Shown: positions 1-12,000 of the stretch, one piece after another | Position numbering within the stretch: position 1 is the stretch's first letter | Layout: each line of letters begins with the position of its first letter | Assembly (NCBI GenBank): GCA_035352955.1 | Contig: DAOPYQ010000001.1 | Coordinates: 165,536 to 229,535 of the forward strand | Source of the DNA: Candidatus Omnitrophota bacterium | Lineage (GTDB): Bacteria > Omnitrophota > Omnitrophia > Omnitrophales > Aquincolibacteriaceae | Direction of reading: 5' to 3' | DNA: 64,000 nt | Position numbers and translations under genes: made by a program | The notes under the pieces: model-generated | The model's database searches: none | The model's input: only the letters and a program-made list of their open reading frames with translations | What the model was told of the DNA's origin: nothing

Positions 1-24
1 ATAACAAAAGATCGTTTTACCGGA

Positions 25-3000
25 ATGCCCATTGCCGTTGGTTGGGTAGTTCCGCAGATGACCGCCCTTCTCAACACCGAAACGCTCAGACGGGTTAGTC
101 CGGAAACGCGGGAGAGGTTTTGGGAATATCTTTTTCAAAGAGAGGTGCTGGGGAAGCCGATTCATCCCACGAACCACGGTCCTGCGCTGCGGGCGTTTCT
201 GTTAAGCGACGGGGTCAAAGCCTTGACGGTTGAAGAACTCGAAGCGATGTTCGGGATGTTCCTGTTCGAATATGTTAAAACCCCTTTCAACAAAAATCCG
301 GGGATCCGCGTAAGGGTTCCCGTCAGCCTGCCTGTTTTTTATTTTGCCGAGAAACTTTATGCCTCCCCGCAATGGAAATCGATGACCGATCCCTCTGCGA
401 GGTTGGCGATGATCCGGCTCGTAAACTCGGATCCTTTTGAGTTTGGTGTGGTGACCCCGACCGCCGGGGCTTTTCGTCCCGGTATGCGCGCCACGTGGGG
501 AGGAACGGTGGATTGGACGGTCCCCGCGCTATTCGAAAAAACGTTCGCGGTGCTGCGGCATGCGGCCCAGGAGCTTGACGGGTCGAAAGACCCCGGATCT
601 TTCGAGCAGATCTTCGGCCGATCGCGGCAAAAGATGAAACAGATCCTTGAACAGGTCAATGCCCGTCTGGAGCGTGGCGAAGCGCAGCCGGATGCCGGAT
701 CCGGTCCTCAGACCCCGAAGCCGGACAGCGAAGGGAAGTTGTGGGCGACTGCGCCGGAGGCGCAGAGCGCAGAGCGCAAAGCGCAACGCACAACGAAAAA
801 CGGAGATTCAACGTTCACCGTTGCGCGTGGTGCGTCGAACGCGGACGGAGTCCGCCGCGCCGAACTCCGGACCCAAGCGGGCCTTTTCAGCGAAGAGCAA
901 ACGTGGTTCAACACATTGTCATTCAAAAACCCGGGGGAGAAACAGGAACTTTTTGATTTGATGCTGTCTTTTTTAAGACATGGTGATTTTGTTTATGAGA
1001 ACCGTTATGGTCCGGACGCCGGCGATGTGGAGTATATCCGCGAGCGGGGTTTTTCCCTGCTGAAAGAGCTTTGGGATTCTCCTGGGTTTCAGCGGTTGCA
1101 GACGGCTGAAGAGCGCAGGTCGGTTCTTGGCAGCTTGAAAAACCAACTATTTCAAACGGATTCTTCTACCTTTGCTTCTCCCGTTTCTCTTCCGTTTTTT
1201 CACGCGTTCCTGAGCGAGCAGGCCCTCGGTAAAATGACGGAACCGCAAGACCGGCAGAAAGCGTTGATGTTTTTCGCGCGGTTTTCGGAGAGCCTCGCGC
1301 GCGAATCGGACGGTTTTCTGGCGCTCCTTGAAGGAAGGGGTAACCCGCAGATCTGGAATTCTCCCGAGAAGGAAAAACTCTGGGCAATGATTCAAAAGAT
1401 CATAGTTGCCGATGGGAAGAGGTATCCCGATTTTTTTCCTTCGAAAGCCTTTTCAGCGCTCCAGGATGTGTTGGGAGGCGAAGGGTTCCGGAGACTTACG
1501 GAACCTGCGGAACGAGAAAAGGTTTGGAAGATTCTCAGTACCATTCCGGGGTACGCTGGATGGGAACCCGAGGAAGGCTTGGGTATGTTTAGCAAGCTGA
1601 TCAACGGGCCGGGATTCGCCCGGATTACGGACCCTTCCGAGAGGATGGAACTGTTCCCCATGTTTTTTGAGTTGCTCAATATGCTAAAAAAGACGCGCTC
1701 CCAATATTTTTCAAATGGAAACGTGATCAGCCTTTTCGGCGAATTGCTGGGCGGTAATGGATTTGCCGGAAAGGCGGGGGCGGCCGATCGGAAAGCGGTC
1801 CTTGAGATCGCCCGGCTGTTATTGATGAGGCAAGAGGCAGGAGCTTTTGAGATGTTTAGAAAGTTCTTGGACGTTGTGGACGCGACAGGCGGATCCCAGG
1901 AGTTTTCGGAAGTTCTGGCGGATTTCTTGAAACGATCAGAGAGCGCGGATGGTGACGCGGTAAAAACCCTATTGGCGGAAGAAGCGGTTCAACGACTTGT
2001 CCTGCCGGCGGAGCAGGTGAATGCCCGCCTGACGCGCGGGGAAGTGCAGGCGGTTCCCGGTTTCCGGCCGCCGGTTTCAGGGGAAAAGGAAGGGAAGTTG
2101 TGGTTTGGAACGGCGAAGCCGGAGGACGGAAAACGGATGACGGATGGCGTAAAGCCCGGTTTTTCGCCATCCGACATCCTTCATCCTTCTTCCAAAGGTG
2201 ACGGACGGCTAAAGACAAAGGGTTTTTCGACATCCGACATCCGTTCTCCGCAATCCGTAAGCAAAGGCGGCGAACGGGCGGAGGTCCGGGCCGCGGGAAA
2301 AACTTCGGAGTTTGCGCCGCTGCGGCCGGTGGATCTCGGACGGTATGAATGGTTCCGGCAGATCGCGGGACCTGCCCGGAAAAAAGAAGTGACCGAAATT
2401 GTTCAATCGGTCCATGCCGCGATCCGGCAATATATCAGCGTTCGAGAGCAAGAGCCTGCCTTGCAGGTTTTTGAAAAAATGCTCGGCAACGAGATGTTCG
2501 AAAAGGGCCTGAACGCTGGCGAGCGGATCCTGGCCTTGGAGGCGGCCCAAAAGATCTTGTCAAACAGCGGCGCCCACGAAAACCGGGCGTTCCGGACCTG
2601 GATATTATTGATCGACAGCCGTGAATTTGCGGGGCTTGTGTATCCGGGCGAACGGAGGCGGGTGTGTTTGATCGCCGGTGAGATTCCGCAATATGCGAAA
2701 CACAACAGCCTGTTCACTCTGGAAGGTTTTTGGGATCTGCTCTCGTCAGGATCGACCGAGAAATTGGGCCGCGCGGAACGGTTCTGGATGCTTGAGACCG
2801 CGCGCGCGATCATCAAAAATGTTGAGATCAACCGGAGCGCGATCCTCTCCGAATACCGGAAGCTCCTTGAAAGTCCCGGCTTTGTCCAGCCGCTGGATGC
2901 TGTCGGAGAGCAAGGCTTACTCGCGTCTCATTTGGCTCCCGCGGAACAGCTTAAAATTTTACAGATCGTTCAGACGATCCCTGCCGTTGCCAAGGAACAC

Positions 3001-6000
3001 ACCCCAGAGTTTTTGGGAGAACTCAGAAGCTTTCTGGCCAGCGAGGGGTTTACCCAGATCACGGCTCCGGTTGAACGGGAAGCGGCGCTTGGGATCGTCC
3101 GGAGGGTCCTGAAATATGTCAAAAGTGATTTTGGCCGGGCGATCGAACTCGTTTGGGCCATATTAGGCAGCGAGGAATTTCGGAACCTTTCGGATCCCGA
3201 CGTGCGCCTGAGCTTTTTGGAGATCGTGGACCGGATCTTTCAGTGGGCGGGAGTCGAACGGATGAATGATTTGTGGTCGCTTAAAGAGTCGTTGGCTGCG
3301 GCCAAGTCTTCCGATTTCACCCGGATCCTGAAAGAATTTTCTGAAAAGACCCAAGGAGTGACCGGCGCAATGGCCCGTGCGCGGACGGCACAGGAGGTTT
3401 TTGAAGCAATGCTTCGGATGGCGCCGCAGGTGCAGGCCAGGGAATCTCGCGGGGAACCGCAGGACGTGCAACGCGTCGCGAACGGTGCGCAACGGGGAGT
3501 GGAAGGGAAATTGTGGTTTGGAACGGCGAAGCCGGAGGACGGAAAACGGATGACGGATGGCGTAAAGCCCGGTTTTTCGCCATCCGACATCCTTCATCCT
3601 TCTTCCAAAGGTGACGGACGGCTAAAGACAAAGGATTTTTCGACATCCGACATCCGGCATCCGCAATCCGTAAACGAAGATGGCCGCCGCGCTGAATTAC
3701 GGGAAGAACAGCTGACGGACATGGAACTGAACTGGTTCAACTCTCTCACGTTCCGGAACGGGGAGGAACGACTGGCGTTGTTAGAGGCGCTCGAAACGCT
3801 GGTCCGGCAATCCGGGTATTCTTACGGAAGTTTTTCTTGGGGGAATCCTTCCTGGATCGAAGGAATGAGCGGTTCCTCCACGGATCCCGACGAGATCAAT
3901 GTTCCGATCCTGGATATCCTCAAAAGTTTTTGGGGTTCGCCCGGCTTTGCGGTCCTTTCTGAACCGAAAGAGAGGATCCGAAGTCTCAGGATCGTTAAGA
4001 CGATCCTCACGTTTGTCGGGATGGCGGACTCAGGGGATGCGCTTAACAGGTTTGCCGGAATCCTGGATTCAAGAGGGTTCCAGTCGGTCAAGGACCCGGA
4101 TCTCCGGGAGGCTCTTTTCACCGCGGTGGAAACCCTGTCCGGTGAAACCCGGGGACCGCTTCATCGGGTCCTGGAATTGATGGAACGCTCCTCTTTCGAA
4201 GCGCTCGAAAAGCGCGTGAAGTTGACCCTTATTCCGTTTTTCTCTGTAATGGTTTTCAATGAGATTCCGCTCTCGGTCCAGTATCCTTTTTTCAAAGAAA
4301 AATTTGAAAAATTTTTCCCGGCATTCGCGGATCTTGCCGGTCCGTCCCGGCGGCGCTTAATCGAGGACCGCAAAGAGTTCGTCCGCCAGTTCTTTGCGTC
4401 TCCGGCGATCTCCGAACAGGTCTCTCCGGTGGATTTGAGCCTGGTGTTCTGTTCTCCCGCCTCTGGGGAGGATTTTTTCAGGAGGTTTTGTGAGATCCTG
4501 TCCAGGATCCCTACTGGAATTTCCGGTAGTGATCTCGCACCGTGGGTGCAGGAAGCCGTGAGGATGTTTGACCGGATCCGTTCCCAACTTTCCGCCCGGG
4601 AATCTCGCGGGGAACCGCAGGACGTGCAACGCACAGCGAACGGCGCGCAACGAGCAGTGGAAGGGAAGCTGTGGTTTGAAAAGGCAAAGCCGGAAGACGG
4701 TAGACGGATGACGGATGGAGACAAAGCCGGTTCTTCGCCATCCGCCATCCGTTCTCCGCAATCCGTAAACGAGGATGGCAGTCGCGCAGAGCGCAAAGCG
4801 CAACGCACAACGAAAAACGGAGATTCAACGTTGACCGTTGCGCGTGGTACGTCGAACGCGCCGCAAAGCGGCAGCCGCGCCGCACTAAATCCTGTCGATT
4901 TAGTACGGCTTCGGCAGAACCCCGGTGGTTCTGTCCGAGCCGAGTTGCGGGCGACGGCGGCGGAGTGGCAGGAAGCATACGAAGCCGTGAACGAGTTCGG
5001 GGCGTTGCTGAAATGGAAAGGTGATTACGCCGATCTCAGCGGCGCTCACGGCGATCGGCCTCTCCTGATGGTGCCGAATAACCGCGAACGTCGGATCGAC
5101 TTGATCGATCTCAAAACCCTCCGCGAAAAAACGATTCACGGACGGCCGGTCTCTGAATGGACCGGGAGGGCCGTGAACGATCAGAAGCTTTCGCCGGACA
5201 ACCGCTGGTTCTTTGGTCGCGAAGTGAACGCGATCTCGCATCTTGTGGATCTCGAGAATGGCGCGGATTTTCGGGATGCCGGAGGACGGACGATCACGGA
5301 GATTGTCGACTCCCGGTATGACGCCTACGTGTGGTTCTCGGGCGACAGCAGCATGCTCTTTGTTCTGCAGGGGCCGTTGCAAGTCCTGGAACTTAAAAAG
5401 CCGGACCATCCCCGGGCCTCCGTAGAAAAAATCCGCGAAGCGTTCGGCAACGATGTGAACAATATGGCATTCTCCGACGACGGAACGCTGGCGGCGGTCC
5501 AGTACTCCTATGATAGCAGGATCGAATTGGTCGATCTTGTCCGTGGCGAAAAGGTCCTTGGCCCGGACGGAAAACCCTGGAAAAAGAAAGCGACGAAATA
5601 TACGCAGCTGGAGCCTTTTAAATTCCTGCCGGGCACGCACATTTTCTGGACCCGCGGGTATGAAGGGAACGCTGTGGCCCATGATCCTTACGGCGAAGCG
5701 GATAAACTTTCTCCCGCCCGTCCGCTTTCGGAATTGATCCCGGAATATGCGGACCATCTCCAGATTTCTCCGGACAAAAAGCGGTTGTTTGTGATCAATT
5801 GTCCCGGAAGAAAAATAGGGCTGTCCGACGATACGGAAAACGAGGGCTTCTGGTATGACCTCAAGACGGGGAAGGAGATCTTGATCGGGGGCGAGCCTTT
5901 TTCGAAGAAGCTCGGCAAAGGGTTTACCAGAGCGGAGCTTTCACGCGATGAAAGCTTCCTTTGGGTTTTCCGTTCGATGGAAGATGCGCAACTTCTGGAT

Positions 6001-9000
6001 ACTGTTACCTGGAAGGACCGGACGATCAACGGTGTTAAGTGGGCGGATCTTATCACCCTCCACAACCCCATGTTTCTCGAGGGCGGCCGATTGTTCCTTT
6101 GTCCTGCGGGCAGCGGAATGGGGATGCGGGTCCTGGATCCGGCGAAATTCGAAAAAAATCCTGTTTTCAGGAAATTTATCGAACGTGGAAAACTCGCGGT
6201 TAGAACTTCGATGAAGTTTATTGATGTCTTTGGTTCTCTGGCCGCTGCCGGGACGATCCGGAACGGAACCGAGCTTAGGACTGCCGCGCGATTTCTGATC
6301 GCGATCCGCCATTTTGGAGAATGGTCTGAAAAGCTGAATAATTTTATCCGGGAAGCGGCTCATTCGGAGAATTCTGGCGAAAAGTTCACGGAACTTTGGC
6401 GGGAAATGATACAAGCCGCTGCTGCGGCATCGTGGGATCGTGACCGGATCACGGTGCTTGCGAACCAGTTGATAGAGCGTCTTGAGCGGATCGAAGAACA
6501 ACAAGCAGCCCGTGAGACGCGGGGGGAGCCGCAGACCGCGCAACGCACAGTCAACGGTGCGCAACGGGGAGAGGAAGGGAAGTTGTGGTTTGAAACGGCA
6601 AAGCCGGAAGACGGTAGACGGATGATGGATGGCGTAAAGCCTGGTTTTTCGACATCCGACATTCGTCCTCCGCAATCCGTAAGCGAAGATGGCAGCCGCG
6701 CTGAATTGCGCGGGACGGCCGGTCAGGAGATCTTGGATCCGCAAAGTTTTGATTCGATCCTGGAATTTATCCGGGCCGAGCCTTCCGAGGTTGTGAGGGG
6801 CCGGCGGGCGGAAAGGATGTTCGCGGCTTTTCTGAGCGCGCATCCGAAGGAGGTTAATGAAACAAATCTCGGAAAATTATACCGCGCGATCGAGCCGATT
6901 TGCGGCGAGGCGATCGGGTACGGGATCGCGCTTTTCGAATCGCTTGCCAGGACCTCGGAGTCGGCCCGCGCGAGTTTTAGTGCCGGGAATCTCGAAATTC
7001 TGATCGACCGTTTTCTGGCGACGCCGCCCCGATCGAGTGCCCGTGCTTATTTTCAGGGCATGGTGGCTCGATTTTGGGTGGCCCATCCCGAGGTTTTTGA
7101 CAAGACCGTCGCCGGTTCTCTGATCGAAAAGATCGATCTGGCGCCCACCGAGGGGCGCGATACGTTTCTCAGGTTTTTGGAATATTTTGACCGGCAGGAC
7201 GGTAACGTCTTCGATCCGGAAACGCTCGGTTTGTTCCTCCGAAAATTCGAGAGGGATATGGTCCGGGCGCCGATTGCCAAAAGGTCTTCCATGGATATGG
7301 GTTTATTGAGTGATGTTATCGAAAAGCTTACCTCCAAGACGCAGGTTCTTGATCCCGGGCTTTTCCGGACATACACGGCTCTCGCAAGCATGACGTCCAT
7401 GCCCGGGGGTTACGGTTATGACCGGTATGCCGAAACGCTCGGGGATTTTTTTAGAAAATATTACGGTCTTCAACTCGACAAAGATGTCCTGCATGTGCTG
7501 AGCAGGAGGATCTGGGGACTGGTTTTAGGGGAAAGGACCCAGGGGAAGAAAGGCGAGTTGATCTATTCGTGTCCGTTCCTTGCTTCCTGGGAACAGAATC
7601 TGAGCGCCCTGGCGGAGATCTTTCGGCCGGTGTCCGGGCAGGACCATCTTCCGCAAACGACCGTGGACGTTCTCGAAAAGAGCCTCGTTCTGCTCAGCGA
7701 GCAGGTCGGGGCCCGTCAGACGCGGGGGGAGCCGCAAGCCGCGCAACGCACAGCCAACGGTGCGCAACGGGGAGAGGAAGGGAAGTTGTGGTTTGAAACG
7801 GCAAAGACGGAGGACGGTAGACGGATGACGGATGGCGTAAAGCCTGGTTTTTCGACATCCGCCATCCGTCATCCATTATCCTCCGCCGAAGGCGACGGCC
7901 GAGCCGAGCTGCGCGCGACGGCGGGGGAGTGGACGAAAGCGTTTGAAACGATGCGCGAATTCGGAGCGCTTCTCAAATGGAACGGGAACACCCTGGATCT
8001 TTCAGGAGTTCATTCGAAAAATCCTCTCTTGATGATCATTAATGAGGCCCGGGGCTGGGTGAAGTTGATCGATCTTAAAACGCTGCGCGAGAAGACCGCA
8101 AAGGGGCGGCCGGTTTCCGAATGGATCGGGTGGACGGCTGACGATAGAAAGCTTTCTCCGGATAATCGCTGGTTTTTCTGGCGTGACGCGAGCGGTCTCA
8201 TTCATCTTTTGGATCTTGAGCGTGGCGAAGATTTCAGGGATCCCCAAGGCCGAACGATCGAGAAGATTTCGCCTTCTTCGAAAACGATCATACGAGTCTG
8301 GTTTTCCAGTGACAGTAAAAGTCTCTTTTTTCAGGATGTCTTAGGGCGTTGTTCGATCCTGGAGCTGACGAAATCTAAAATCCCCCGCGTGACGAAAGAA
8401 AAGATCCAGAAGCTGATAGATGCCGGGATCCTCGATTGGGCGTTATCCGATGACGGGACACTGCTTGCCGTGGATCGTGTGTTTCCAGGGAGTGGAAGCG
8501 GGCTCGAACTCATCGATCTTGTCCGGGGAGAAAAGGTTCTAAATGCGGATGGAAGCCTCTGGCGGAAGAGCCTGCCGGATCGCACGTCTCTTGTAAAGTT
8601 TAAGTTTCTTCCGGGAACGCGCATTTTCTGGGCGCGTACTTACGAAGGAAATGCCCAGATCTACGATCCGTTCGGGGAAGCGGCGGTCCTTTCTCCCGCG
8701 GTTCCTCTGGAGGCCTTGATCTCTAAATGCGCCAGCGAGGTTGTTCTCTCTCCGGATAAAAAGCGGTTGTTCGTGATCAATAATCCGGGGGACGGGCAGG
8801 GGGGGATCGATTATCGTAGGAGCGAAGGTTTTTGGTATGACCTCGTGACCGGTCAAGAGGTTATGGTTAAGGGCGAGCCTTTTTCAAAAAAGCTGGGAAA
8901 AGGGTTCGTTAGGGCGACTTTTTCTCCGGATCAGAGCTCTTTGTGGATTTTGTCGTGGGGGAGGGGGGGCACTTTTGGACTTCTGGATCCGCTGACCTGG

Positions 9001-12000
9001 GAGGACCGGAAGATCAACGGTGTAGAGGTCGGTCGCTTGTTGCCGCATGACGTTCCTGAGTTTCTTGGAGAGGGGCGTGTGCTTATTCATACCAGCGGGA
9101 TCGAAAGAAGATTCCGTATACTTGTTCCCGAGAAGATCGAAGGCGACCCTGTTTTGAAGAAGGTGGTGGGGCGCGGGAAATTCGCGCCGGAGGTTTCGAT
9201 GGCAATTCTGGAGAGCCTCGGTTTTCTGACGATGGTGGGTGCGGTACAAAACGGCGCTGAACTTCAAACCGCTCTGGAGTTCCTGACCGCGATACACAAT
9301 TTTATGGAATGGTACAAGCGCTTGGGTGTCTTCATCCAGAAGTTCGATTTTTCCGAAGATCTTAGCGGAAGATTTTCGGCGCTCTGGCACGAAACGATGT
9401 TCGATGCTGCCGGGGTCGCTGGAGATCGTGACCGGATCACGGTGCTTGCGAACCGGCTGATGGATCGTTTTCAGCAGATCGAAAAACAGCAAGTGGCTCG
9501 TGAAATTCGCGGCCAGCCGCAGGACGCGCAACGTGGAACGGACACCCCACGGGGGCTGGGCAAAGAGCGCCCTGACGTGCAACGGGGAGAGGAAGGGAAG
9601 TTGTGGTTTGAAACGGCAAAGCCGGAGGCGCAGAGCGCAGAGCGCAAAGCGCAACGCACAACGAAAAACGGAGATTCAACGTTGACCGTTGCGCGTGGCA
9701 CGTCGAGCGCGCCGCAAAGCGGCGCCCGCGCCGAACTCCGGGCAAAAGAACAGAAAGAAAAGGCGCCCTTTCTGCCGTCGCTGAAATCCATTGAGAAAAA
9801 ACTTAAAAAAGATCCAGGCTACGCCACGGAAAAGAATTTCGAACCGTTTCGGAGGGTTTTGAATGGAGAGGATAAAGAATTCCAAAAAACCTTAGCCTAT
9901 ATGTGCAAGTACGCCTTTCCTGTAGCGTCGTTTTTTTTCTACTATGGGCTGGTTGGCATTGGTTATTTTCTTTTAGCAGTTTTCTTTGTTCTTTTTGGCG
10001 ATCTGACGCTTCTTAACAGCTTGGACAGAGGAGTGATGCCGTATTTACTATTTCTGACTTGGCCGAGTTTTGTTCTAGGTGGGGGAATAGCGTATTTCTT
10101 TGATGAGGTTCGAATAAATGTCCAGCGTATGGCCGCGGCATTTCGGGCCCTTTCTATTTTTTTGAAATACAATGCGTTCTTTTCGCGTCCTGAGTTTGAG
10201 ATGCTAGCTTGGGGAAGAATTATTTCTAAAAAAGTTTTGGAGCATAATGTCTGGGAACGTCTCCCCGAATCTCAAAAGCATCTTTTGCAAAAACTCGCTT
10301 TTGGAGTTTTAAATCAGATGTACCAGTGGGGGTTTTCGGAAAAGCTCGCTGATAAATTTGCGCGGGATGTTAGCGATTTTACGTCTAAATATCCCAATAG
10401 CCGCGAAGACATCATCGCTATTCTGACACAAGCCTCGCAACGATACCACGCCGGCGCAAAAGAGGCCGAAATCGTCGCGTTTGTTTCTGAAAGACTTAAA
10501 AAAATCGAGGAGCAGAAAAGAGCCCGTGAGGCGCGGGGGGAACCGCAGGACGCGCAACGCGCGACGGACAACGTACAACGATCGTCCGAAGGGAAGTTGT
10601 GGTTTGAAACGGAAAAACCGGAGGCGCAGAGCGCAAAGCGCAACGCGCAACGCACAACGAAAAACGGAGATGCAACGTTGACCGTTGCGCGTGGTACGTT
10701 GAGCGCGCCGCAAAGCGACGCCCGCGCTGAAAAGCGGGAACGGAATTTTGACTGGTTCTGGAAAATGCCGCATGGGGCGGAGAAGACCCAGACGTGGCAG
10801 CTCGTCAAAAACATTCTCGGGGTTTTAAAGAAACAAAGGACCTCGGACGGGGAAAGGGATCTGGATGCTCTAAAGGATTTTCTGGTTTCGAAGGAGTTTG
10901 TTGGTCTGGCGGCCGGTGACAGGGTGAGGCTCCTGGCGCTTTTAGGGCGGTTTGCAGGAAAAGCCGAATGGATCGCGGTTCAACACCTGCAATTTTTATT
11001 TCGCGGTGAAGTCCAGGCGATCATGGATCCTGTCGAGAGGGCAAAGCTTTTTGAAGTGGTTGATGTGTTCGCCGGAAATTTGCAGCAGTTCGGATGGGAA
11101 TTCGCGTCCTGCAACTGGTTCCTTTATCAAATGAGGCTGTTTTCCGGTAAAAAAGATCCTCTGGTACAAGCGCGGGTGTGGGAGATCGCAAAAACGATCG
11201 CGGCCCGAAGAGAGGGTGACAGCCGGTGGGCTATTTCCGCGTTCGGCCTTTTTCTTAATTCGGAGAAATTTTCAAAGATCCTGGATCCTGGCGAGCGGCT
11301 AAAGGTATTGGAGATCGCCGCGGCGATCGCGCACTACTCTAAGGATATGACCGAAAGCGCGCAGGACGAGGACGGTGAATCGTATCTTCGGTGGGCCGGA
11401 TTTGACGGATTGCAGTCCTTGCTGGTCGCCCCGGGGTTTGTGAAGATCGAAGATCCTGCCTTGAGGATGAGCGCTCTCGAGATCGCAAAGATCCTTGCGA
11501 CGCGGCCCCAGTGGAACGAGGGCGGATTTTTGGGGGAATTCCTGCAATGTCTCGAAGAAGCCTCCGGCTCCCCGGAGTTTCCCGGCGTGTGGAAGGATTT
11601 TTCGAGGGATTTTGGCCAGGCCGTGACTGAAGAAGCGAAACGGGCCGCGGCAGAAACCGCTTATCAGACCCTCGTGCATCTTGCGATCCAGGCCAAAGCC
11701 CGTGAAGTGCGCGGCCAGGCGCAAATTGCGCAACGCGCAACGCACACCCCGCGGGGGTTGGACACAGAGCGCCCTGACGCACAACGAGAAGTGGAAGGGA
11801 AGTTGTGGTTTGAAACGGCAAAACCGGAGGACGGATCCCACGGGACTGCTTCGCCGAAACGGATGACGGATGGCGTAAAGCCCGGTTTTTCGAAATCCGC
11901 CATCCGCCATCCATTATTCTCCGCCGAAGGCGGCGCCCGAGCTGAATTACGCGCGACGGAAGCCGTGCCCGCGAAAACGTGGCGCGAGAAGATCGCGTCG

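Noticed and set aside
647-961. Plus-strand alternate-frame ORFs within repeat module 1 (647..961, 741..956) that are rich in Arg.
   Set aside because: They are out-of-frame readings of the GC-rich repeat, nested inside the giant ORF.
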